From Patescibacteria group bacterium (lineage in GTDB: Bacteria > Patescibacteriota > UBA1384 > XYA2-FULL-43-10 > 1-14-0-10-43-13), in NCBI GenBank assembly GCA_041666325.1, contig JBAYHC010000003.1, forward strand, positions 159,102 to 223,101: 64,000 nt of DNA, in the 5' to 3' direction. A program made the translations under genes and the position numbers. Of this stretch, positions 1 to 9,200 are shown piece by piece (the first letter of the stretch is position 1; every line of letters starts with the position of its first letter). The notes under the pieces are model-generated. The model did not search any database and had not been told where the DNA came from. It worked only from the letters and a program-made list of their open reading frames with translations.

Positions 1-79
1 CCAAGCCCAAAAAAAGACGGCCAAAATTAAAACGCGATCTCACAATTTCCCTATTATTCTCTTTTTTTACTTCTGACAT
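1..79 (-). CDS. Partial membrane protein (LiaF/LiaI-like TM), runs off window start
   Basis: ATG at 79 preceded by AAGGAG; MSEVKKENNREIVRSRFNFGRLFFGL...; directly downstream of the PspC gene. Confidence 0.6.
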   Translation of the reverse strand, partial: MSEVKKENNREIVRSRFNFGRLFLGL

Positions 80-104
80 ATTTCTCCTTAATGTGCGAAT
101 TCAT

Positions 105-569
105 CTATTTCCGCTTAAACACAATGTATCCGCCGAGTAGAATTAAAACTAGCGGCCAGAAAACGTCCCAATCAATACCGAATCTGGGTAATAACTGATT
201 AAGAAGGAGCAAAGTACCGGACAATATCAAGATTGCGCCAATAAAATCCCGAACGCTCGCCTGGTCCCACTCTTTCTTCCGTTTTCCATCCTGACCCTCG
301 CTTGTATCGGCGCCGGTATCGCGAACAGATTCTTGTGCCGCTTCCTTCTTGCCCATATTCTTATTGTCTGGCGCTTCGGGGATGATTATCATCAGTAATA
401 TATACAAGGCCACCCCGAAACCACCAAAAAAGGTAAAAACGAAAAACGCCACCCTGACAAGTACCGGATCAACATCAAAATATTCACCTATGCCGCCAGC
501 CACTCCAGCTACAACCCTGTTGTTCCGAGAAAGATAGATCTTCTTTGGCTCAATACTTCCTTCTGCCAT
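105..569 (-). CDS. pspC: PspC-domain envelope stress protein with C-terminal LiaF-like TM segment
   Basis: IYLSRNNRVVAGVAGGIGEYFDVDPVLVR is the PspC motif; ends in WDVFWPLVLILLGG; start reassigned to MAEG at 569. Confidence 0.85.
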   Translation of the reverse strand: MAEGSIEPKKIYLSRNNRVVAGVAGGIGEYFDVDPVLVRVAFFVFTFFGGFGVALYILLMIIIPEAPDNKNMGKKEAAQESVRDTGADTSEGQDGKRKKEWDQASVRDFIGAILILSGTLLLLNQLLPRFGIDWDVFWPLVLILLGGYIVFKRK

Positions 570-674
570 AATATTCAACGCTCCATTAAATAATTGCACC
601 ATTATTATATCATAATTCAGCAAAAAACGCGGAAGAGTCATTGCAATCAGATCTCCCAAGACCCCGCTGTGGCC

Positions 675-706
675 AAAAAAACGGGAGGGCCTGGCGGGGC
701 TCTCCC
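675..706 (-). terminator. Intrinsic terminator of the 730-1035 gene
   Basis: Minus strand GGGAGAGCC-CCGCCA-GGCCCTCCC followed by a T7 run. Confidence 0.65.
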
Positions 707-729
707 TGATAGAACAGAGCGGGTCGGCG

Positions 730-1035
730 TCAGCCGACCGGTTGTGCGGCGGGCGCCCCCCTTGGCACACCCAGCAAGTACCGGATCGCTCCTTCCGACC
801 CAAGCTGGGCATGGAGGCGATCGAACTCGCCCCGGACGATGTCGAGGTCGAAACCCTCCGGCAACCGGAGAGACTCGGCATTGCCCAAGGGCTTGCCGTC
901 ATCGTCAACCGGCACGACGCACATAATGAGAATAGACGCGTTAGCTACGCCAACTTCTCGTGCCAGCCTCCTTGCCAGCGCCAGGGCCACCTCGGGCACA
1001 GGCAGCGCCACAGGGGCGCCATTTGCTACACTCAT
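730..1035 (-). CDS. Hypothetical 101-aa protein
   Basis: AGGAGG SD, own promoter (1070-1098) and terminator. Confidence 0.65.
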   Translation of the reverse strand: MSVANGAPVALPVPEVALALARRLAREVGVANASILIMCVVPVDDDGKPLGNAESLRLPEGFDLDIVRGEFDRLHAQLGSEGAIRYLLGVPRGAPAAQPVG

Positions 1036-1069
1036 CGCTCACCTCCTGGGATCCGAACATATTTCCAGC

Positions 1070-1134
1070 ACTATACCATACAAATCCACCCGGCTCAACA
1101 ACCCGTTGACTAGCGCAACATCGAGAACTAGAAT
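1070..1134. promoter_or_regulatory. Back-to-back sigma70 promoters
   Basis: Minus: TTGAGC-17-TATAGT (1098-1070); plus: TTGACT-17-TAGAAT (1106-1134). Confidence 0.7.
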
Positions 1135-1161
1135 AATCAGAGACAAGCAAAGAGAGGAGAA

Positions 1162-2256
1162 CTGATCGCCTCAAGAAACGATAATAACACGACCACAGTT
1201 ATTGCGGAGGTCGCTCTCCGCGTTGCCGATGTCGGCGGTTGGACAGACACATGGTTTGCCAAACACGGTTATGTCTGTAACCTAGCCCTGACGTGTCGGC
1301 TCTTTGGCAACAATGCTCCTTATCGCGGAGTTTCGGTAATCGTCCAGACAAGCAATCATCAGACCCCCGCTGGTACTGTCTCAATTAAGGCAGCCGATCC
1401 GCATTTTGACGTTGTTGCGTCAATCAAGTCGCTCAGAAGCGGTAATTTTGACAAGCACAACCTCCTATTGGCGACATTGTCACTGCTCGAGCTGAAACCT
1501 CTCCTGAACCACGATGTCGAAATCTATATTACCAGTCCTGTTCCGCCCGGCGCATCGATGGGAACAAGCGCAACCGTCTCTGTCGCACTAATCAAAGCAG
1601 TGGGCTCACTTCTAACCAAAGAAGGCATTAGGGCACTTGCTCCAGCCGAAGAGGCCCTTCTTGCCCACAGAGCAGAGACCGAGGTGATGAGAGGAGAATC
1701 AGGTACGCAAGATCAATGGTCGGCTGCGTTTTCACATGGAGCACAATTTATCACCATATCACCATTCCCTCAGACCGAATTAGAACAAATCAATCTGTCG
1801 CCGAAGACTGTCCATCAACTTGAGAGTGGTCTCATAACCATATTCGTCGGCAGCCACAACAGTTCACATGTCCATACAACTGTGATAAAAAAACTGACAA
1901 ACAAAAAAGGAGATTCACCCTTACTCGAACGACTGCGGCAATTAGCGATTGATGCCAAAGACACACTCTCGAAAGGCAAATTGCAAGACTACGGCCGAAT
2001 CCTGAGCGCAAATACAGAAACACAGAGAAGCCTCCATCTTGACCTTGTCGGCCCAGACCACCTAAAAATCCTTCGCCTTGCCCATACTCTACCCGGATAT
2101 CTGGGTGGCAAAGTCAATGGCGCCGGAGGTGGAGGCGGTTCCGTAACATTGTTATTCGAGTCAAAAGCAGCTGCTACTAGGTTCTTTCATCTTGCAAACG
2201 AGACACACAAGAAAGAGGAATACCTTTATTATGAGCATAAGATTGCCGGCGCCTAG
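1162..2256 (+). CDS. GHMP-family sugar kinase (HddA/heptose-7-P kinase-like)
   Basis: In-frame extension of ORF 1468 gives ALRVADVGGWTDTWF; also PPGASMGTS, SGTQDQ, GGKVNGAGGGGG; start is non-canonical (CTG 1162 or ATC 1165). Confidence 0.85.
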   Translation: MIASRNDNNTTTVIAEVALRVADVGGWTDTWFAKHGYVCNLALTCRLFGNNAPYRGVSVIVQTSNHQTPAGTVSIKAADPHFDVVASIKSLRSGNFDKHNLLLATLSLLELKPLLNHDVEIYITSPVPPGASMGTSATVSVALIKAVGSLLTKEGIRALAPAEEALLAHRAETEVMRGESGTQDQWSAAFSHGAQFITISPFPQTELEQINLSPKTVHQLESGLITIFVGSHNSSHVHTTVIKKLTNKKGDSPLLERLRQLAIDAKDTLSKGKLQDYGRILSANTETQRSLHLDLVGPDHLKILRLAHTLPGYLGGKVNGAGGGGGSVTLLFESKAAATRFFHLANETHKKEEYLYYEHKIAGA

Positions 2257-2307
2257 CACTTACCCCAACCTCACAGCTAAAAGCAGTGCCAATTTAGGAA
2301 AATCACA

Positions 2308-2940
2308 CTACGGCACCTGTTGCAAAAGACTCACAACATCATCATCGCTAACAGGAAAAAACTCCTCGTAATAGCTCCTTGCCACGCCAGAAAATTCAAA
2401 TGGTACGTTGAGAACAACCAGGTCATCAACCTCGTCCCAGATACTCGTCACAAGCTCCTCTGGAATAACCGGCAATGCTGCGACGATTTGTCGCGGATTC
2501 TTGTGGCGAAGCTCCTCGATAGCAAGCAAAAGAGCGGTATCACCCGCATTGCCATCGTCAACTAAAATTGCAATTTTGCCACTAATTTCAGGGACTTGCT
2601 TGTATTTCTTGAGATAAGTTTGGCGCTGACGTTGAGCTTCCAGCTGCTCTACCTCCATCCTGTCCCGCAGCCATTCCTGATTTAAATATGCGATTTCATC
2701 CTGGTCGCATAGTCCATGGCCATCCTCAGCGATCGCACAGACCGCAAGATCAGGGTTTTGGGGGTGGCTAATTTTTCGGGTTATAATGATATCCAGGGGT
2801 GCTTTTAAATGTTTAGCAACATAATATCCAAGTACGACTCCGCCCTTTGGCAACGCATAGACGACCACATCATCTAGCCTGTATTCCTCCAGTGCTTCTG
2901 CCAACTGCTGACCCGCATCCATCCGATCACGAAAGCGCAT
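2308..2940 (-). CDS. Putative phosphoribosyltransferase (degenerate PRPP loop)
   Basis: MRFRDRMDAGQQLA, LPKGGV, RKISHPQNPD, ILVDDG, YEEFFPVSDDDV. Confidence 0.85.
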   Translation of the reverse strand: MRFRDRMDAGQQLAEALEEYRLDDVVVYALPKGGVVLGYYVAKHLKAPLDIIITRKISHPQNPDLAVCAIAEDGHGLCDQDEIAYLNQEWLRDRMEVEQLEAQRQRQTYLKKYKQVPEISGKIAILVDDGNAGDTALLLAIEELRHKNPRQIVAALPVIPEELVTSIWDEVDDLVVLNVPFEFSGVARSYYEEFFPVSDDDVVSLLQQVP

Positions 2941-3242
2941 TGTGCCTCCTTACGTTTACTCACCATGAGCTAGGCACTTTTTGAAACAAACTTGCGTCGT
3001 TCTTAATTTTTCAACTTCGTTTCCGACCAATCATCGGTCATTTTTTGCATCTCAGGCCCACTCATGGCCATTCATTATATCACACGAACAAATAAGCAAA
3101 TAAGTTAGCAAGTGTTAGGCTTGTGCCCAAGACAGTAAGACAAACTGTTTACCTAATTTTGAATAGCTCAGGCAAACATATGCTTATTTGTTGTCAAATC
3201 TATGATATACTTTTATTAAATTGAAATTACAGGAGGAGGAAT

Positions 3243-3608
3243 ATGCCTAAATGGATTGACGAGATTGATCCGGAAAGTTTGATAGATAAAGACATTTTTG
3301 AACTCCTAGACCTCAAAGACGCCCCGGAGGATCGCAAGCATCAAATCCTAGAAGACATGATGGAAACCATTCAAAACCGTGTGGTGGCCAGAATTTTGGA
3401 TTCACTCAAAAAAGAAGAGGTTAAGGAATTTGAAGAACTGCTCGACGAGGACGACAACGATAAGGTCGCTCAATTTCTTCAGACAAGAAACATCGACCCT
3501 GTTACATTCACAGCCGAAGAAGCCCTAAATTATAAAATTGAAATTCTCAACCTCATTGCGGCTCAAGAAGATGCGAGCGATGCCGACAATCAAGCTCAGG
3601 ACAGGTAA
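3243..3608 (+). CDS. Small acidic DUF5663-like protein, copy 1
   Basis: GGAGG SD; LLDLKDAPEDRKHQILEDMMETIQNRVVARILDSL pattern; paralog of 5837-6160. Confidence 0.75.
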   Translation: MPKWIDEIDPESLIDKDIFELLDLKDAPEDRKHQILEDMMETIQNRVVARILDSLKKEEVKEFEELLDEDDNDKVAQFLQTRNIDPVTFTAEEALNYKIEILNLIAAQEDASDADNQAQDR

Positions 3609-3618
3609 GGGAGACAAA

Positions 3619-5685
3619 ATGTTTTTTGGAAAAAAACCGTCCGCACCAGAAGCTGCCCCGTCGCCGCCAGCTCCATCTGCTTCTGAAGAAAAACCTAAAA
3701 AAGCTCCGACCGAGAACAAGAATGCCAGCTCTCCGGAGGGAAGCCCCAAGCCCCCAGTCAAGCAAGAAGGTAAAAAAGAACCTGCTACAGAAAAGGAAAA
3801 TGAAGCTGAAAAAAAAGAAAAACGGCTTGCCTCACTGGCCGAGATTTCTGCTGAACTCGACAAACGCCAAAAAGAACGCGACGAAGCGCTCTATGGCAAT
3901 TTCCTGCCACCAAAAGTTGGTAAGTTCCTGCACGGTACCGCCGCCGGAAAATTGATCAAATCAATTGCCGCTATTGCCGCTGGCGCAACCGTCGCTACCG
4001 CCGCCACATCTATCGGCGGACTAGCCCTCCTGGCAATCGCTCCTGTACTGCACACTCAGGGCATCCGCCTTGCCGCCAGCGGCGGAATTGAAGTCATTCA
4101 GACTCTCGCCGACCTAATGCAAGGCAAAAACAGCAACCTCTACGCCGAGATGAACGCTGCTAGCGCCGATCTAGAAAAGAGCAAAGTCAAACTCGCGGAA
4201 TTAGAATTGGGCAAAGACAAAGCCGACCCCGAAGTACACCAAGCACAGTTGGCGGAAACGATCAAAGCTATCGCCGAAAAAGAAAAAACTATCATTGAAA
4301 AACATTCCAAACTTCTCACACTCGACAATAAACGAAAAATCTTTCGCAGAAAGGGCTCTTCTCTTGTAACGGCCGCATTCAGTATTCTGCATGGCGTCGC
4401 CCTTGGCACCCAAGACTTCGACAACGGTATAGTTAAATCAACCAACCTTTCTAGCCCCGACCACAAGATGGTCTGGTCCCTCTTCAAGGATAACAAATGG
4501 AATAATTTTGATTTTCTATACAACCCTTCCGACTCTGCCGGCGCTGCCATGGCAAGCGCCAAACATACTTACGACATGGCCGGACCGCTCGATTTCGGAA
4601 TTAGCGGGCAAGGACACATCGTCGGCCAGATGTCCAACTCGCACCTCATTCCAAGCTATTTTGGTTTAGCTACGGCGGCACTAGGCCTTTCCTTGGGCGC
4701 AAGATCAAATGAACAGCAAAAACCCGATTACACTCCCCCATCTTTTGCGACAGATGATACAGCGCGAAGAGCGGAACCAGAGAGCAAGGAAGCCAGAGAC
4801 ATAACGATCGAAAGCAGTGCATCCGTACGAGAAGGAGATCTAAAAAAGAAGCTGGGGGATCTCGCAAAAGAAAAAGAGGAAAACAAGAAAAAACTTCAAA
4901 AACTTGGCGAGGAAATTAAGGCTGCAGAAAAATCTCCGCAAACCCATGATAGCGACCGGCAGCTTCAAGCAAAAAGAAAAGAAAAAGAAAAACTGGAAAT
5001 ACGCCAGAAAGAAATCGACACCGAACTGAAGAAATATGAAAAAGTCATAGAGATTCAGAAAAAAATTGAGGCAAAGGACCAGGAGATAAAGAAAAACCAG
5101 AATGAGTGGAACGATTTGGACAGAGAAGATGGGGATAATCCTGACATAGCAGTAGAGAAAAAGGCACATGAAGACAAAGATACCGAGCTCCGAAACGAAC
5201 GAAAAGCGCTGGAGGCTGAACTTGAGGAGGAGCTGAGAAAGATAAGCAGCAAGAGTAGCAAACCGAAACCGGAGGCGGCCACCGAAACAAGCGCAGAAAA
5301 AGAAACCCCAAAGAAGCCTGATAGCGCTCCAGCCAAAAAGGCCGAAGACAAAGCGCAGGACGAAGAAGAAGAGGAGGAAGAGGAAGATGAGGAGAATCCG
5401 GAGACAGCAAGGCTCAGAAGGGTTCGCAATAATTTTACCAAACTCGCCAGGGATGAATCTCTTACTCCATCCAGTCTCTCAGACACGACCGTTCTAAGGA
5501 ACAAATTGGAGGTAGCAAAGAGTGGACCAATTGAGCGGGCTGTTCTAACCGCCAGTTACAACGAAGCCTACACTACACTTCATAAAGTTAAATTTACCGA
5601 TCACTCCCGCCAAAAAGAGTTGGTCAGGCATATCAAATCAGGCTTTATTTCTATTTTGGAAGAGATTGGCCCGGAAAAGAGTTGA
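3619..5685 (+). CDS. Large coiled-coil protein with Gly/Ala hydrophobic segments, copy 1 (~688 aa)
   Basis: ATG 3619 after AAGGGAG; hydrophobic hairpin, K/E coiled coil, poly-E; paralog of 6203-9901. Confidence 0.85.
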   Translation: MFFGKKPSAPEAAPSPPAPSASEEKPKKAPTENKNASSPEGSPKPPVKQEGKKEPATEKENEAEKKEKRLASLAEISAELDKRQKERDEALYGNFLPPKVGKFLHGTAAGKLIKSIAAIAAGATVATAATSIGGLALLAIAPVLHTQGIRLAASGGIEVIQTLADLMQGKNSNLYAEMNAASADLEKSKVKLAELELGKDKADPEVHQAQLAETIKAIAEKEKTIIEKHSKLLTLDNKRKIFRRKGSSLVTAAFSILHGVALGTQDFDNGIVKSTNLSSPDHKMVWSLFKDNKWNNFDFLYNPSDSAGAAMASAKHTYDMAGPLDFGISGQGHIVGQMSNSHLIPSYFGLATAALGLSLGARSNEQQKPDYTPPSFATDDTARRAEPESKEARDITIESSASVREGDLKKKLGDLAKEKEENKKKLQKLGEEIKAAEKSPQTHDSDRQLQAKRKEKEKLEIRQKEIDTELKKYEKVIEIQKKIEAKDQEIKKNQNEWNDLDREDGDNPDIAVEKKAHEDKDTELRNERKALEAELEEELRKISSKSSKPKPEAATETSAEKETPKKPDSAPAKKAEDKAQDEEEEEEEEDEENPETARLRRVRNNFTKLARDESLTPSSLSDTTVLRNKLEVAKSGPIERAVLTASYNEAYTTLHKVKFTDHSRQKELVRHIKSGFISILEEIGPEKS

Positions 5686-5836
5686 TTTCAGGTTCTCCCG
5701 AAGGAGTGATTTAGGTAAAACGCACAAAGAGACACAAACTTGTCAAATCACACCAGGGATAGCCTGGTACTTCGCATAATCCAGAGTCGGTGGTGCTGCA
5801 TTCTCAGGCAAACAACCTTAAGACCAAAGGAGCAAT

Positions 5837-6160
5837 ATGCCCGCACAAAAGGAAATCGATATCACAGAGATCGCCGAAAAGAGTCTATTGGAAGTTCTGG
5901 GGCTACAAGATCTACCGCAGGAAAAACGCTCACCAATTATCGCTAACATGGTAAAAATCATTCAAACTAGAGTTACTGCCCGTATCTTTGACGAATTAGA
6001 TGATAACGGCCTTAAACAGTTTTCCGATTCAGACACTAACCCCAAAAAAACCCGAGCATTTCTCGAAAGTAAGGGCATCGATCTGGACAAGATAACCAGC
6101 GATGAAGTCGTCAATTTCAAAGCAGAACTACTATCTCTTCTTGGCTATAATGTTAAGTAA
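5837..6160 (+). CDS. Small DUF5663-like protein, copy 2
   Basis: AAGGAG SD; VLGLQDLPQEKRSPIIANMVKIIQTRVTARIFDEL aligns with 3243-3608. Confidence 0.75.
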   Translation: MPAQKEIDITEIAEKSLLEVLGLQDLPQEKRSPIIANMVKIIQTRVTARIFDELDDNGLKQFSDSDTNPKKTRAFLESKGIDLDKITSDEVVNFKAELLSLLGYNVK

Positions 6161-6202
6161 AAATTATTTTATTATGCACCAAAGAAAAACAGCGGAGGAA
6201 TT

Positions 6203-9200
6203 ATGACACCAGTGGGCGAAGCAGGCGGGCCAATGGATCCATCAATCATCGGCGATCCTTCTTATACCGTTAATCCGGACAATCAAACCTCTTCCCCCGG
6301 AAAAACAGTCGAGGTTACTGCTGATGCCAGCAAAAAAACAGAAGCTAACACTGATGCGGAAATTACAGCTCCAGTCGTAGAAAAAAGGAAAACACCGGAA
6401 AGATTACGCACAGAAAGACTTGGCATTGCCGGAGAACTCAGCAAAACAATAAAAGAAAGAGAGAATCGGCGCAGCGAAGAACACTGGGGCAAGGGACGTT
6501 GGGGTAAGTTTAAAGAGAAACTCAACACAACAGATTGGGGTAAAGCAATCAAAGTGGCCGGAAAAGTAGCCCTCGCCACAACCGGAGTGCTGGCAGCCTC
6601 AACCCTCAGTGGTGGTGCAGGATTATTGCTTGCTCCCCTTCTCTACAGCCAATCGCTCAAACTCGGCTTCGAGGGTGGCCTTGAAGGGATGCAGCATCTT
6701 CTTCGTGGCCGAAAGGAACGTCTCGGCCTCGAGGCCAAAAAACAAGACTTTCTAAAGAAATCGGACGAAAGAATCGCAAAAGTTCAGGCAGCCGAAAATG
6801 AGTTTAGAATTGCCAAAGGCAAAAAGGACAGAGGCGAAATCAACAACGAAGAATACCAAAAAGCTGTTGACCAATACTCATCCCAAGTCGAAAGTCTGAC
6901 TAAATCAATCAGCCGTCTCGAAAGCGACTACCTCAAAAAAGAGCGCGAATACATCAATCTCGAAAACAGCATGAAAATTCAGCGCGCTACAGAGAGCACT
7001 GCCCTTTCAGCCACATTTTCGCTCTTGATGGGCATGCCTCTCGGTGTTCAGGGTGCTGGTCACAACGTTATCTTCGCTCCTGGCCATGGCCTTCACTTCA
7101 TTTATAAAGTTGGCGAAACGATGAGCAGCACAGGAGTTCATGCAATTGGCACATCACTCACGCACACAGTCGGCGCAATCGCAACTGCTGCAAGCGCTAG
7201 TCGCGCCTATCTCGGTATGGGACTCGCTGGAGCCGGGCTATTAGCAACTGCAGGTAAAGAGATATTGAATGCGAAGAAAAACCATCAGGCAGACAAACAA
7301 GAGCGCGGCACCTCTCTCTGGGCCGAAGTTTCCAACGACTTGAAGGCTGTTGGGAAAAAAGAAACAGTCGGCCAACGAGAAGCGGAAGCGATGGCACAAG
7401 AGGGTTCAGCCGAAACCTATGAGCCGCCAGAAAATCTGAAAAAATTCGCCAAGAAAACAGCCGAACACTACAAAGAGATTGGTCGGCGTACGAATGAAAT
7501 TGATGCCGAGATGAGCTCACTTGACGAAGAAGAGCAAAGGCTAAAAACTGATCCGACCCCGACGGATCAGTCACGGATGCGGCTTGAGGCTATTCCCGCT
7601 CAACGCGAAAAGCTAAACAATGAAAAAGAAGAGCTTGCCCGAGAAACAGAGAAAATCAAAGAAACAGCTGAGCTGTACAACCTAACGGTAAATATCGCCG
7701 GCCGAATTACACAGAGAAAAAATGAGTTGAATCAGTTAGCCAGAGACTTATCCAGCCCCGCAACAATCCCCCTGATAGAGAAGGCCAAAGCAGAATTAGC
7801 CGATCTTTATAGCCTGAGAAAAGAAACGTGGCAAAAAATTGCAGAGAAGCAAAGACTGATCGACGAAGAAGCAGCCAGCGCTGCCGCGAGTCAGACATCG
7901 GAACAACCGGCACAACAGGAAAGCTCTCCGGCTCCCAGCGAAGCTGATTTTCGCAAGTTTTATCGAGAGAATGCAGCCGGTTTTGCCGAGCGAGAAAAAG
8001 CACGAGCGACCGGACAGGAACCATCAGAAGAATATGCCACTTTCGATAATATTTATCGAGAAATCGACAGAGCTGAAAATGAAATGCGCCAGAAGGAAAG
8101 GGAAATCAATGAGCTGCAAAACAGAATAGATCGTGGTGAAGTAACGGCAACAAGCCAGGTCAGAGAACAACTATTCGGACTAACTCGCGAGTATCTTGAT
8201 GCTGATCGACGAAGAGACAACCAAAAGCAACTGCTTCGTGAAATTTATAATCAGGCAAAAGGCGCGAAATCGCCCCGGCAAACCCAAGCTACCCCAGAGA
8301 ATCGTACTGTAACAGGAGACCAACCGCCCATTCTCGATAATGCCAGATCTGAAGGCAATAAGACTAGCCCTGAGCTTCCTAAATTCGAGAGTATCGATCC
8401 GGCGCAAATCATCAGAGCGGCCAGGGATCCCGGGGTACGTGCTCGGGTCATAAGCCGTCTTAACGGCGCTAACAGCGCCGAAAGTTTTGGCAGCCTGGAT
8501 GGCGTTACAGCTCTCGAAGAGGCAGTTATTCTGGATGAATTGACCAATCGCGCCAGAGCATTGATGGAAGATCCTCGCCTGAGTAATGCCACACCAGAAG
8601 CAGCATATGACACAGTTGTGTTGATGCTCGATCAGCCTGAGGTCGAAGAGGAAGTCGGGAAAGAGCAAACGACTACAGCAGAAGAAGTGCCGGGAGGACA
8701 GGAAAAGACACCGCAACCGGAAGAAGCAGAAACAGCCGAGGCAGCGCGCATGGACTTTGTAAAGCGAGCATTTACTGACATTCTTAGTGACACCTCCTAT
8801 GCCCCGGAGCGCATAAACGATGTCGATGAACTAAGGCTTCTCTTCGGCGACCCTCTAGAGCGCGGCAGGATGCAATCCAGAAAGTTTTATTATGAAGCTT
8901 ATCGTCAAGCCACGGTAACCCTGGTCACAACTCCAACACGCGATATTAGCCGTTACTCAGCAATCCTTCGTAACCTGGATGAGGGTTATCGCAAATTGTT
9001 AGCAAGAGTCGAATCAGACGATCGCGATGGTGGTTCGGGATCAGAAAAATCCCCAGACGAGAAAGATGCAGAACAAGGGAAACCACTAGAGCAAGGAGAA
9101 ACAGCAGAACCAAACGCCGAGATTAAACAAAAATTCGAAGAGCAACTCCAGAAAGACAAGCGCATCATTGCCGAGTCAACAGAAAGAGCAAAGGGATTTG

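Noticed and set aside
570-908. N-terminal extension of the PspC ORF to 908
   Set aside because: It overlaps the 730-1035 gene and its terminator; PspC homology begins at MAEG (569)
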